Shown one piece after another: positions 1 through 7,686 of a DNA stretch of 64,000 nt. The notes below the pieces were generated by a model. It was given only the letters and a program-made list of their open reading frames with translations. It did no database searches and was not told where the DNA came from. Within the stretch, counting starts at the first letter, position 1. Each line of letters starts with the position of its first letter. The position numbers were made by a program, and so were the translations under genes. Source of the DNA: an uncultured Candidatus Saccharibacteria bacterium. GTDB taxonomy: Bacteria; Patescibacteriota; Minisyncoccia; Phycocordibacterales; UBA9973. The stretch is from NCBI GenBank assembly GCA_964527185.1, contig CAZGOI010000001.1, positions 6,010 through 70,009 on the forward strand, given 5' to 3'.

Positions 1-1239
1 ATGATTCTCATAGTTGCGGGACTCACTATAGCTTTCTCGAAAAAAATAAAAAATATCCAAAAAATAATCGTAGCCGAAACCACAGCACTCGCTGGTGCGA
101 CAACTGAATCGCTTCGCAATATCGAGCTCGTCAAAAGCCTGGGGCTGACCATGCAAGAAGTCGACCGACTCAACGCCACAACAGAAAAAATCTTGCTGCT
201 TGAACTAAAAAAGTTGCGCTATTTGAGGACGCTGGATTTTATCCAAGGTACAGTGACCAATCTGGTTCGTGCAGGACTATATCTATTCCTTTTCTATCTT
301 ATCTTCACCGAGCGCATTACTTTTGGGCAATATGTTTCTCTAAATATTTATTCTTTCTGGTTATTCTTCCCTGTCGGACAAATCGCCGCCTATATTGGTA
401 CGTACAGGCAAGCCGAGGCCTCGCTCATCAACTACTCGACCCTTATGAAAACGGCGCCTGAACCAAAAGCACCTAACCCAACGATGATAGGGGGAGTGTC
501 TAACCTTGAATTTAGAGATGTCTCTTTCTATTATCGCTCGAGTGTATCGGTACCGGCGCTATCTAACATCTCTTACAAAGTGAACAAGGGCCAAACCATT
601 GCCTTTGTCGGGCCTTCGGGTTCGGGCAAGACATCGCTCATGAAACTCTTAGTCGGCCTCTATACACCGACATCAGGATCTATCTATTACAACAGTATTG
701 CTTATGACAAAATAGACAAAGAAGAACTTCGAACACAGATCGGGTTTGTTACCCAAGATACCCAACTTTTTTCTGGGACGATCAGAGAAAATTTGCTCTT
801 CGTTAACCCAAAAGCAACTGATAAAGAATGCTTGGATGCACTAGAAAAAGCCCAGTGCCAAAATCTGCTCGAGCGCGGAGGCAAGGGACTCGACACCGTC
901 ATAGGCGAAGGTGGGGTCAAAGTCTCGGGCGGAGAAAAGCAACGCCTGTCTATTGCCCGAGCGTTACTTCGAAAACCAAAACTTCTTATTTTTGACGAAG
1001 CGACGAGCGCGCTCGACACACTGACCGAACAAGAAATTTCAAAAACAATTAAATCAATCGGTGAAGCGAGTGAGCATGTTACTATTTTGATCGCTCACAG
1101 ACTCTCGACCATCATGCACGCTGACCATATCTATGTACTCGAAAAAGGTTCGGTCGTCGAATCTGGCTCGCACCAGAATCTGATAGACCAAAAAGGACTC
1201 TACGCCGCCATGTGGCGCGAACAGATCGGAGAGAAATAA
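1..1239 (+). CDS. ABC transporter fused permease/ATP-binding protein (MsbA-like exporter), probably 5'-truncated by the window edge
   Basis: TM segments followed by Walker A GPSGSGKT, signature VSGGEKQR, Walker B LIFDEATS and H-loop IAHRLS. Confidence 0.9.
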   Translation: MILIVAGLTIAFSKKIKNIQKIIVAETTALAGATTESLRNIELVKSLGLTMQEVDRLNATTEKILLLELKKLRYLRTLDFIQGTVTNLVRAGLYLFLFYLIFTERITFGQYVSLNIYSFWLFFPVGQIAAYIGTYRQAEASLINYSTLMKTAPEPKAPNPTMIGGVSNLEFRDVSFYYRSSVSVPALSNISYKVNKGQTIAFVGPSGSGKTSLMKLLVGLYTPTSGSIYYNSIAYDKIDKEELRTQIGFVTQDTQLFSGTIRENLLFVNPKATDKECLDALEKAQCQNLLERGGKGLDTVIGEGGVKVSGGEKQRLSIARALLRKPKLLIFDEATSALDTLTEQEISKTIKSIGEASEHVTILIAHRLSTIMHADHIYVLEKGSVVESGSHQNLIDQKGLYAAMWREQIGEK

Positions 1240-1247
1240 AAATTAAA

Positions 1248-2177
1248 TCATCTTTCTATTAAAACCTTCTTGAGTTTATATCCATTGCAATGAGAAATAA
1301 TTCCAAGATATGATTGTAGAGTTTCATTTGATAATTTTCTTCTCGCTTTTTTTAGTATTCTTCTCTTTGTATTAGTACGCAATACTTTATAATGAGGTAA
1401 AATAATGTACCCTAAAAAGTCAATTCCTTGTGTCACTTTTCTAATTTCTACTTTTCGTGGATGAAGAGGTAGATTTAGTCTTTCTTTCAGAAACAAAGAT
1501 ATATCTACAATAAGAGATTCGAGATATCTTTTATCATGAGATATAACTACAAAGTCATCAGCGTACCGTATGTAGTATTTTGCTTTTAATCTATGTTTCA
1601 TGTGCTGATCAAATTCATTGAGGTAGATATTTGAAAAGAGCTGACTAGTAACATTCCCAAGTGGTAATCCTTTACCTCTAGATTTTTCAAAGCTTTGAAT
1701 GATATTTTTTATAAGCCATTTGGTATTCTCGTCTATATAATTTTTAAAAAGTATATTTTGTAGTAAGGAGTGATCTATCGAGTCAAAAAATTTTGAAATA
1801 TCGCATTTGAGAACCCATGTAGGTCTAGTATAATTTTTACTCTCTTTTCTTATAAAATCTTCAAGTCTTTGTACTCCTTTATGAGTACCCTTACCAACTC
1901 TACATGAATACGAATCATGAATAAATGATTTATCATATACATGGTAAAGAACTCTATATATTACTTGGTGGACAACCCTATCTCTAACTTGTGACTTATG
2001 GATATGTCGGCGCTTTGGATCGTAGACATAGAATGATATATATGGCTGATTTGTATATGTTTTGTTGACTAATTCATTATGTAGTGAGAAAATATTTGAT
2101 TCTAAATTAAATTCAAATTTTTGAATATCTTTCTTTTTAGTTTTACCCTTCCTGAATTCTCGCCATGCTCCGAGCAA
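1248..2177 (-). CDS. DGR reverse transcriptase; homologous frame continues upstream, and the likely true ATG at 2262 is separated by a frameshift in the G10 tract
   Basis: Motifs RDRVVHQ, LKCDISKFFDSIDH, GLPLGNVTSQLFSNIYLN (SQ typical of DGR RTs), YIRYADDF and IDFLGY. The upstream in-frame sequence IFHTITSLSNLLGAWREFRKGK resembles the RT N-terminal helix. Confidence 0.95.
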   Translation of the reverse strand: MLGAWREFRKGKTKKKDIQKFEFNLESNIFSLHNELVNKTYTNQPYISFYVYDPKRRHIHKSQVRDRVVHQVIYRVLYHVYDKSFIHDSYSCRVGKGTHKGVQRLEDFIRKESKNYTRPTWVLKCDISKFFDSIDHSLLQNILFKNYIDENTKWLIKNIIQSFEKSRGKGLPLGNVTSQLFSNIYLNEFDQHMKHRLKAKYYIRYADDFVVISHDKRYLESLIVDISLFLKERLNLPLHPRKVEIRKVTQGIDFLGYIILPHYKVLRTNTKRRILKKARRKLSNETLQSYLGIISHCNGYKLKKVLIER

Positions 2178-2220
2178 ATTTGAAAGAGATGTGATAGTAT
2201 GAAAAATATCACTATGAGTA

Positions 2221-2230
2221 CCCCCCCCCC
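2221..2230. repeat. C10/G10 homopolymer tract within the overlapping 5' ends of avd and RT
   Basis: cccccccccc at 2221-2230, lying between the avd ATG (2214, +) and the RT ATG (2262, -). Confidence 0.95.
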
Positions 2231-2304
2231 GACAAACTATTGAGCTTCCTATTATCGGTCATATAAAAAGAGTATACAAAATTATCTACACAATCGGAAC
2301 AGCA

Positions 2305-2592
2305 ATGCCGAAACACCACAAGCTTGGTATTCATAAAACAATAGAAGAAAAATGTCTCGCAATTCTATCGCTCTCGATCGACTGTGCATTGCGACCGAAA
2401 CAAGAAAAATCACATCTTGTAGCAACTTTACGCATAGAAATAGAGACACTAAAGCATCTCATTCGTATGGAAAACGAATTAGGAATTATTAAAGAAAAGA
2501 CATATCTCACTATTGCCGGTTTATTACAAGACATATCTATGATGGCAACCGGCTGGCATAAATCACTTCAAACACAAAAGCCCCTGCTCTAA
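2305..2592 (+). CDS. avd: DGR accessory variability determinant (Avd, four-helix bundle); likely true ATG at 2214, frameshifted in the C10 tract
   Basis: Small basic helical protein with MPKHHKLGI...LRIEIETLKHLIR...DISMMATGW. The same frame upstream reads ELPIIGHIKRVYK, an Avd-like helix 1. Lies between RT and TR. Confidence 0.85.
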   Translation: MPKHHKLGIHKTIEEKCLAILSLSIDCALRPKQEKSHLVATLRIEIETLKHLIRMENELGIIKEKTYLTIAGLLQDISMMATGWHKSLQTQKPLL

Positions 2593-2603
2593 GCAAGGGC
2601 TTT
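2577..2603. terminator. Hairpin at the avd 3' end, just 3' of the TR on the minus strand
   Basis: aaagccc-c-tgct-cta-agca-a-gggcttt inverted repeat. Confidence 0.55.
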
Positions 2604-2615
2604 GCGAGAAACTTC

Positions 2616-2726
2616 TGACGAAGACCATAATCCGCATTACGGTTGTCACGATTGTCGTAGCTCACGTTGAACTGACCATTAGTGTTCCGGTTCATGTTCA
2701 TGGCGTTGCTATTAGAATCAAGAGCT
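2616..2726 (-). repeat. DGR template repeat (TR)
   Basis: 111-bp intergenic copy of the target 3' end. In the target frame it reads ALDSNSNAMNMNRNTNGQFNVSYDNRDNRNADYGLRQ, with 10 AAY codons. Confidence 0.96.
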
Positions 2727-2907
2727 TATCTGTATATAACCATCTACTCACCGTGTGTCGTATACACGATACACTGTGTTACACAGCTTGAGCTGGCTTT
2801 GTTTGAAATAATATATCTCCAGTTATACACAGGCAGTTTCTAAATAGTGGCAAACTATCATCTTTTTACAGACTAGCTTTATAGCCAAACTTAGTATATA
2901 TAAAAAA

Positions 2908-2937
2908 GTACACTTCACAAAATTTCGCAAAGTGTAC
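2908..2937 (-). promoter_or_regulatory. Hairpin just downstream of VR/target stop (candidate retrohoming hairpin or terminator)
   Basis: gtacactt...aagtgtac 8-bp perfect stem, extendable with G-U pairs on the minus strand, 22 nt past the target stop codon. Confidence 0.5.
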
Positions 2938-2959
2938 AAGATAAAAAAAAATAAAAGGA

Positions 2960-3709
2960 TTAGAAACGAACTTGACGAAGACCATAACCCGCATTACGGG
3001 AGCCACGATTGCCGTAGCTCACGCCGAACTGACCAAGAGTGTTCCGGCACATGCTCATGGCGTCGCTATCAGAATCAAGAGCTGCAAAACGGGTTAAGCC
3101 TTTTACATCATACATCTTGCCGGTTTCAGTACGCTCACGGAATGCAGCAATCATGCCTTCAATCGGAATCATGAAAGTAATACTTTCTGCAATACCATCA
3201 TCGTAGCTTTTATTCAGCATGTCTGGCTCAAGCCCACCGATGTGGGCTATAACGCGGTCACCTGCTGGGCGATTTTGTTGCTCTTTTATAGCCTGGTCAA
3301 TGCTCTGCCATGCTTTCCAAACTGAATCCTTACCAAATTTTTTAGCATACGCTTCAAATACCTGATTGCAGGTAATATCTGCGAAAATGTATTCGATGCG
3401 TTTAAATGCATCGACTTTTTCTGGTAGGGTTACCTTTGTCCAGTCAATTGTACGGCCGAAGAATTTCTTGTAAAAAACTTCAATGCGTTTCTTCTCTTCA
3501 GTCCATTGGTTGGCTTTAATCCCGAAAATTTCTTCACAGAACTTTTCGGTCAACTTCTCAATTTCATGTTCAGGACTCAATACCAAGTGATTGGCATCTT
3601 CAAAAGAAAGTTTTCTGCTATCTCCAAGGATACGGGTAACAGTTCCAGCGATTTTGAAACCCACTGCGGACAGCTGTCCGTAACCGGCAGGGTTGAATTG
3701 ATTTGTCAT
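2960..3709 (-). CDS. DGR target protein (249 aa) with a C-terminal variable region, probably CLec-type fold
   Basis: C-terminus ALDSDSDAMSMCRNTLGQFGVSYGNRGSRNAGYGLRQVRF is encoded by the VR and ends in a GxR motif. Strong AGGAGG SD upstream. Confidence 0.92.
   Translation of the reverse strand: MTNQFNPAGYGQLSAVGFKIAGTVTRILGDSRKLSFEDANHLVLSPEHEIEKLTEKFCEEIFGIKANQWTEEKKRIEVFYKKFFGRTIDWTKVTLPEKVDAFKRIEYIFADITCNQVFEAYAKKFGKDSVWKAWQSIDQAIKEQQNRPAGDRVIAHIGGLEPDMLNKSYDDGIAESITFMIPIEGMIAAFRERTETGKMYDVKGLTRFAALDSDSDAMSMCRNTLGQFGVSYGNRGSRNAGYGLRQVRF
2973..3083 (-). repeat. DGR variable repeat (VR)
   Basis: Ungapped alignment to 2616-2726 with 14 mismatches, each at a TR T on + (A on the coding strand). 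Confidence 0.96.
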
Positions 3710-3810
3710 TTGACTCCTCCTTTTGTTTTAAATTAGAAAATAACTATCTAGTATTTACAAATTATAAATACACGAGTCTGGCAGAATTATACACCTAAAT
3801 AGACTTTTTG

Positions 3811-4566
3811 TCAAATATAAATAGCCTTATAAAAAAGGGTTATCTGACCAGCATCACCAAGTGAGGTAAAAAATTCTGGCTCTGTTTTGATACCCGCTGG
3901 TAGAATATTATATTCTTTCACCATTTCCTCTACCCTTCTCACTACTGCAGGTGCAGGGTCGATAATATTTACTTTATCTCCTAAAATTTTTTTGATGCGA
4001 TTTATGAGGAAAGCATAGTGGGTACAGCCGAGTACAAGCTGATCAATATTTTTCTCTATTAGTGGTTTTAAATATTTTCGCAAAAGTTTTTCAGCTTCGT
4101 CACTATCTCCCCTTCCATCTTCGATGAGTTCGACGAGTCCGTCACCAACTACTGTATGGACTTCTACATTACTAGTAAATCGCTCGATCGTATCATGGAG
4201 TTTCTGCCCTTCTGCCGTGACTTTTGTGGCGAGTACACCAATATGCCCAGTCTTCGAATTTTCGCTTGCGGGTTTTACCGCAGGTTCAATTCCTACGAAT
4301 GGCACATCGTATTTATCACGCAGGGTCGATATGGCTGCCGAGGTCGCAGTATTACAGGCAACTACTATGAGTTTGCATTTTTTTTCTATTAGAAAATCTG
4401 TGATATCGCATGAGTACTTTATAATCTCCTGGCTAGTATGGTTACCATAAGGGACATGGGCCTGATCGGCAAAATATATATAGTGATAGTTAGGCAACTT
4501 TTCAGTCAGATACTTAAGTATAGAAAGCCCCCCGATGCCAGAATCGAAAATGCCAATATTATTCAT
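3811..4566 (-). CDS. murI: Glutamate racemase
   Basis: FDSGIGGLS, PYG, ACNTA and LGCTHY motifs. Confidence 0.96.
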   Translation of the reverse strand: MNNIGIFDSGIGGLSILKYLTEKLPNYHYIYFADQAHVPYGNHTSQEIIKYSCDITDFLIEKKCKLIVVACNTATSAAISTLRDKYDVPFVGIEPAVKPASENSKTGHIGVLATKVTAEGQKLHDTIERFTSNVEVHTVVGDGLVELIEDGRGDSDEAEKLLRKYLKPLIEKNIDQLVLGCTHYAFLINRIKKILGDKVNIIDPAPAVVRRVEEMVKEYNILPAGIKTEPEFFTSLGDAGQITLFYKAIYI

Positions 4567-4570
4567 GGGA

Positions 4571-5260
4571 TTATTTTACCACAATCAACTTCTTTGGTGA
4601 TTTGGTAAGTGGAATGCACCCTGCATCTGTTATATGGCAAGTGTCTTCTATCCTTATGCCCAATTTATTTTTTATATAAATCCCGGGTTCGATTGTAATA
4701 ATCATATTTTCTTTTAGAACTGGGCGAGTCTTTTTATAATATATCCTAGGTGTTTCGTGAATCTTAGTACCGACCCCGTGCCCAAGAGTATGAATAAAGT
4801 TTTTGGAATATTTACCTAAAAAATTTCTAACATATGCATCTAGGCTTGCGCATTTCTCGCCTATATTTGCTATATTTATTGCGCCTTGTTGAGAGGCAAG
4901 TAATTTATTATATAAATCTTTTTCTTTTTTGGTTGGTTTACCTATATAGAGAGTCCGTGTCATATCCGACATGTACTTTTTATATACCACGCCAAAGTCG
5001 ACAATAACAAATCCAGAAAGTTTTTTATCGAGCGGATCAAAAGGGTGAATTTCGTTGCCGGCATGCCTGCCTGAAGTAACGATAGGTTTAAAACTTGGCT
5101 TTAGTTTTCTTTTTTTAATCTCATAGAGAATAGAGTCGCGAAGTTGTCGTTCGCTAATATTCTTGAGATCTTGTTTTAAAATATTTTTAAAAATGGCATC
5201 CGTTGCTTGGCATGCCATTTTTATTTTTTTAATTTCGCTTTTAGTTTTTATCTGGGCCAT
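4571..5260 (-). CDS. M24 family metallopeptidase (Xaa-Pro aminopeptidase catalytic domain)
   Basis: DFG...SDMTRT, HTLGHGVG..IHE, TIEPGIY and GIRIED motifs. Confidence 0.92.
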   Translation of the reverse strand: MAQIKTKSEIKKIKMACQATDAIFKNILKQDLKNISERQLRDSILYEIKKRKLKPSFKPIVTSGRHAGNEIHPFDPLDKKLSGFVIVDFGVVYKKYMSDMTRTLYIGKPTKKEKDLYNKLLASQQGAINIANIGEKCASLDAYVRNFLGKYSKNFIHTLGHGVGTKIHETPRIYYKKTRPVLKENMIITIEPGIYIKNKLGIRIEDTCHITDAGCIPLTKSPKKLIVVK

Positions 5261-5263
5261 TGA

Positions 5264-5683
5264 TTAGTGCCAAGCACCGAGAATTAATCCGAAAACTGCA
5301 AATGTTAGAAATTGCGCACCAGTAGAAATCCAGAACAATTTCCAAGCCATTTTTTTTGATTTACCACTCCAAAGTGCCGCACCAGCCGTTGTTGTCATCA
5401 CAAACCCAAACCAACTGCATAGAGCAATCGCAATCGCAGGAACACTTTTGTCCCCCCAATTTACTATGTGATAATCTAGAACTCCAGCTGTAATAAGTGA
5501 GAGCACAAATTGCAAAAAATACATTCCGCCCATGCTTTTTTTCATGGCTGCTTTCTGTTCTGGGCTCATCATGTCTGCGCCCATTACCTTCATATAAGCC
5601 TTACCAAAGATTGGCCCATACCACAAAAACCCTACGACCATTGCTGCTATACCACAAACCAAAACCGCAACATAATTAATCAT
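5264..5683 (-). CDS. DUF1761-family membrane protein
   Basis: MINYVAVLV...GFLWYGPIFGKAYM and four TM helices. Start taken at ATG 5683 because the longer ORF overlaps msrB. Confidence 0.8.
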   Translation of the reverse strand: MINYVAVLVCGIAAMVVGFLWYGPIFGKAYMKVMGADMMSPEQKAAMKKSMGGMYFLQFVLSLITAGVLDYHIVNWGDKSVPAIAIALCSWFGFVMTTTAGAALWSGKSKKMAWKLFWISTGAQFLTFAVFGLILGAWH

Positions 5684-5733
5684 AAATTTGTAATAATATT
5701 TATAATTTTTGCAGGGACTGGCTGCAAATATTG

Positions 5734-6114
5734 TCAGCTGCTTTTCTCCAAATCGAGAGCGCAAGAATTCATGCAAAAGCGCTGTCCGGTTGTTTCGCGC
5801 GGACCATCGTTGAATTTGTGGCCCAGGTGCGCGCCGCAGTTTGCACATACAACCTCGGTACGATTCATGCCGTGGCTCGTATCATCTCTAAATAAAACTG
5901 CATTGGGCAAAGACTCATCAAAAGACGGCCAGCCTGTACCAGAATCGAATTTTTTATCCGAAGAAAAAAGTGGGTTGCCGCAGACTTTGCAATTATAGGT
6001 CCCATTTGCTGTCTCTTTATAATACTTGCCAGAAAAAGGAGCTTCAGTTCCCTTTTCTTGGGTCACATGATATTCTTCGGAAGTCAATTTTTTCTTTAAT
6101 TCTTCTTTATCCAT
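5734..6114 (-). CDS. msrB: Peptide-methionine (R)-S-oxide reductase
   Basis: GTEAPFSG, CKVC, KFDSGTGWPSF, HLGHKFNDGP and RFCMNS motifs. Confidence 0.97.
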   Translation of the reverse strand: MDKEELKKKLTSEEYHVTQEKGTEAPFSGKYYKETANGTYNCKVCGNPLFSSDKKFDSGTGWPSFDESLPNAVLFRDDTSHGMNRTEVVCANCGAHLGHKFNDGPRETTGQRFCMNSCALDLEKSS

Positions 6115-6120
6115 AAATAC

Positions 6121-6990
6121 TTACGGAGTAGGTGTCGTGGTATTTGTTGTCGTATCTCCTGAACTTGGTAAGGTTCCGAGTTGTTTCTTCATCCACATTT
6201 TAAACCTAGGACCTACTATGCCATCTTGTCTTAATCCATTCTTTTTTTGCAATTCCACGACCGCGCGCTTTGTGGTCGGACCGAATTTACCGTCCGTAGA
6301 AATATTGAATCCTTCAACATTTAGAAAAGTTTGTAGCCTTTTAACATCGTCATTTCCTTGTGTATTTTGATTTGAATCACCAGTTTGTAATTCGTCGATT
6401 TTCTGATCCATTGCTCCTTGGCGAAGGATTTTCATTATAAGATCACCTTGACCATTTGCAATCAAAGCCTTGAGTCCGTCGACGATTGTTTTGATTTGAT
6501 CAGGGGTGAGTTGTAACTTTGGAATAATACATTTAGTAGTGATGTCGGTTGTTGATTGTGCATTTGATACTGCGCACGGAGTAGGCATGGGTACTGGGGG
6601 AATAGGATGAATATCGCCACTTGTGCTTCCGTTAGAATTTTGTCCGATAGGAGGAAAAGTTTGAGGGTTTATAGTACCTCCTGTAGTTCCACTATCTGAT
6701 CCAGTTGAAGTAGTCGGCTTCGGACAAAGAGCGCCCGTCATCGGATTGTACATATAATTCGTCATACACCCACTACCGTCCTTTGGTGGCATGGGTACTG
6801 GAGGAAGAGGATATGTATTTATGTCGGTATTACTTGTAGTTGTGGCACCGAGTACTGATCCTATATTTTTGTAACTATCGAGGTCGTTTACTACATCCGA
6901 TAATGTCATGGCACGACCAATAAAAGGGAAACTTATTATAAAAGCAAAAAATGCTATTGTAAACAATGTTAGTTTTTTCATAATCTGCAT
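6121..6990 (-). CDS. Secreted protein with a C-terminal peptidoglycan-binding domain
   Basis: Signal peptide, Pro/Thr-rich linker with two PPVPMP repeats, and DVKRLQTFLN...DGKFGPTTKRAV..LQ...DGIVGP. Confidence 0.8.
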   Translation of the reverse strand: MQIMKKLTLFTIAFFAFIISFPFIGRAMTLSDVVNDLDSYKNIGSVLGATTTSNTDINTYPLPPVPMPPKDGSGCMTNYMYNPMTGALCPKPTTSTGSDSGTTGGTINPQTFPPIGQNSNGSTSGDIHPIPPVPMPTPCAVSNAQSTTDITTKCIIPKLQLTPDQIKTIVDGLKALIANGQGDLIMKILRQGAMDQKIDELQTGDSNQNTQGNDDVKRLQTFLNVEGFNISTDGKFGPTTKRAVVELQKKNGLRQDGIVGPRFKMWMKKQLGTLPSSGDTTTNTTTPTP

Positions 6991-7685
6991 TATACCACTT
7001 GTTTCTGCATATAGGCAAGCCAGTAATCGCGTTTATAGACTTTGCTACCCATTCTGGTGTAGCCTGCTTTTTTCATAAGTTTAAGTATCTTGAAAAACCC
7101 TCCGTACGCGAGAGTGAAATCATCTTTTGAAAAAACTCGCTCGGTTAAATTCAGTTCTTTTAAAATGTATGTATCTTTTTCTTTGCCGGGGTTATTTTTT
7201 AATAAATTTTTCACATTCTTGTTTCCATCTTTGCAAAGGGCTCGAACAAAAAAATATCCGCTGGGTTTTAAGACTCTGTGTACTTCCTTGATATAAACTT
7301 CTCTACCACGCTCGTCGAGAGAATTTGACGAAGTGACATCAAGCACGATATCGATCGATGAATTTTCTATATCATATTTGTCCCCGATATTATGCAGGCG
7401 GTAGTCTACATCGACACCCGCGTCCGTCGCGTTATTTTTTGCCAGAGATATTGCAGTTTTTGAAATTTCAAAACCTATAACTTCATTTCCAAGGCCTGCC
7501 AGATAATTTGCATTGCGACCAGTACCCGAGCCTAGGTCGAGTATTTTTAGGTTTTCTATTTCAAGCCCCATCTCTTTCTTTAAAAATTTCAAGAACCGCA
7601 AAACATCGTTTTGTGGTTTGTCGCCGCCGGTCATCAGTTTTGGGTTTTGGTACTCTCTGTCCCAAATATTTCTTTGGTCGGGCAT
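6990..7685 (-). CDS. Class I SAM-dependent methyltransferase
   Basis: ILDLGSGTGRNA and HRVLKPSG motifs. Confidence 0.9.
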   Translation of the reverse strand: MPDQRNIWDREYQNPKLMTGGDKPQNDVLRFLKFLKKEMGLEIENLKILDLGSGTGRNANYLAGLGNEVIGFEISKTAISLAKNNATDAGVDVDYRLHNIGDKYDIENSSIDIVLDVTSSNSLDERGREVYIKEVHRVLKPSGYFFVRALCKDGNKNVKNLLKNNPGKEKDTYILKELNLTERVFSKDDFTLAYGGFFKILKLMKKAGYTRMGSKVYKRDYWLAYMQKQVV

Positions 7686-7686
7686 G

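Larger units (their letters stand above)
1248..3709. mobile_element. Diversity-generating retroelement cassette (RT, avd, TR, target gene with VR)
   Basis: DGR-type RT, Avd-like ORF and a 111-bp TR/VR pair with adenine-only mismatches, all within 2.5 kb. Confidence 0.96.

Noticed and set aside
1248-2177. RT as a group II intron, retron or CRISPR-associated RT
   Set aside because: It is short, lacks maturase/endonuclease domains, has the SQ motif, and has an adjacent Avd and an A-specific TR/VR pair. No cas genes or array are present.
2932-3174. 80-aa + strand ORF over the VR, plus ORFs 3506-3736 and 2331-2534
   Set aside because: Antisense shadows of the DGR target and avd.
5684-5848. N-terminal extension of the DUF1761 ORF (similar extensions for secF, Gmad2-like, lipase, SIMPL and rpmB)
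   Set aside because: The extensions overlap neighbouring genes or promoter regions; downstream ATGs match the family N-termini.
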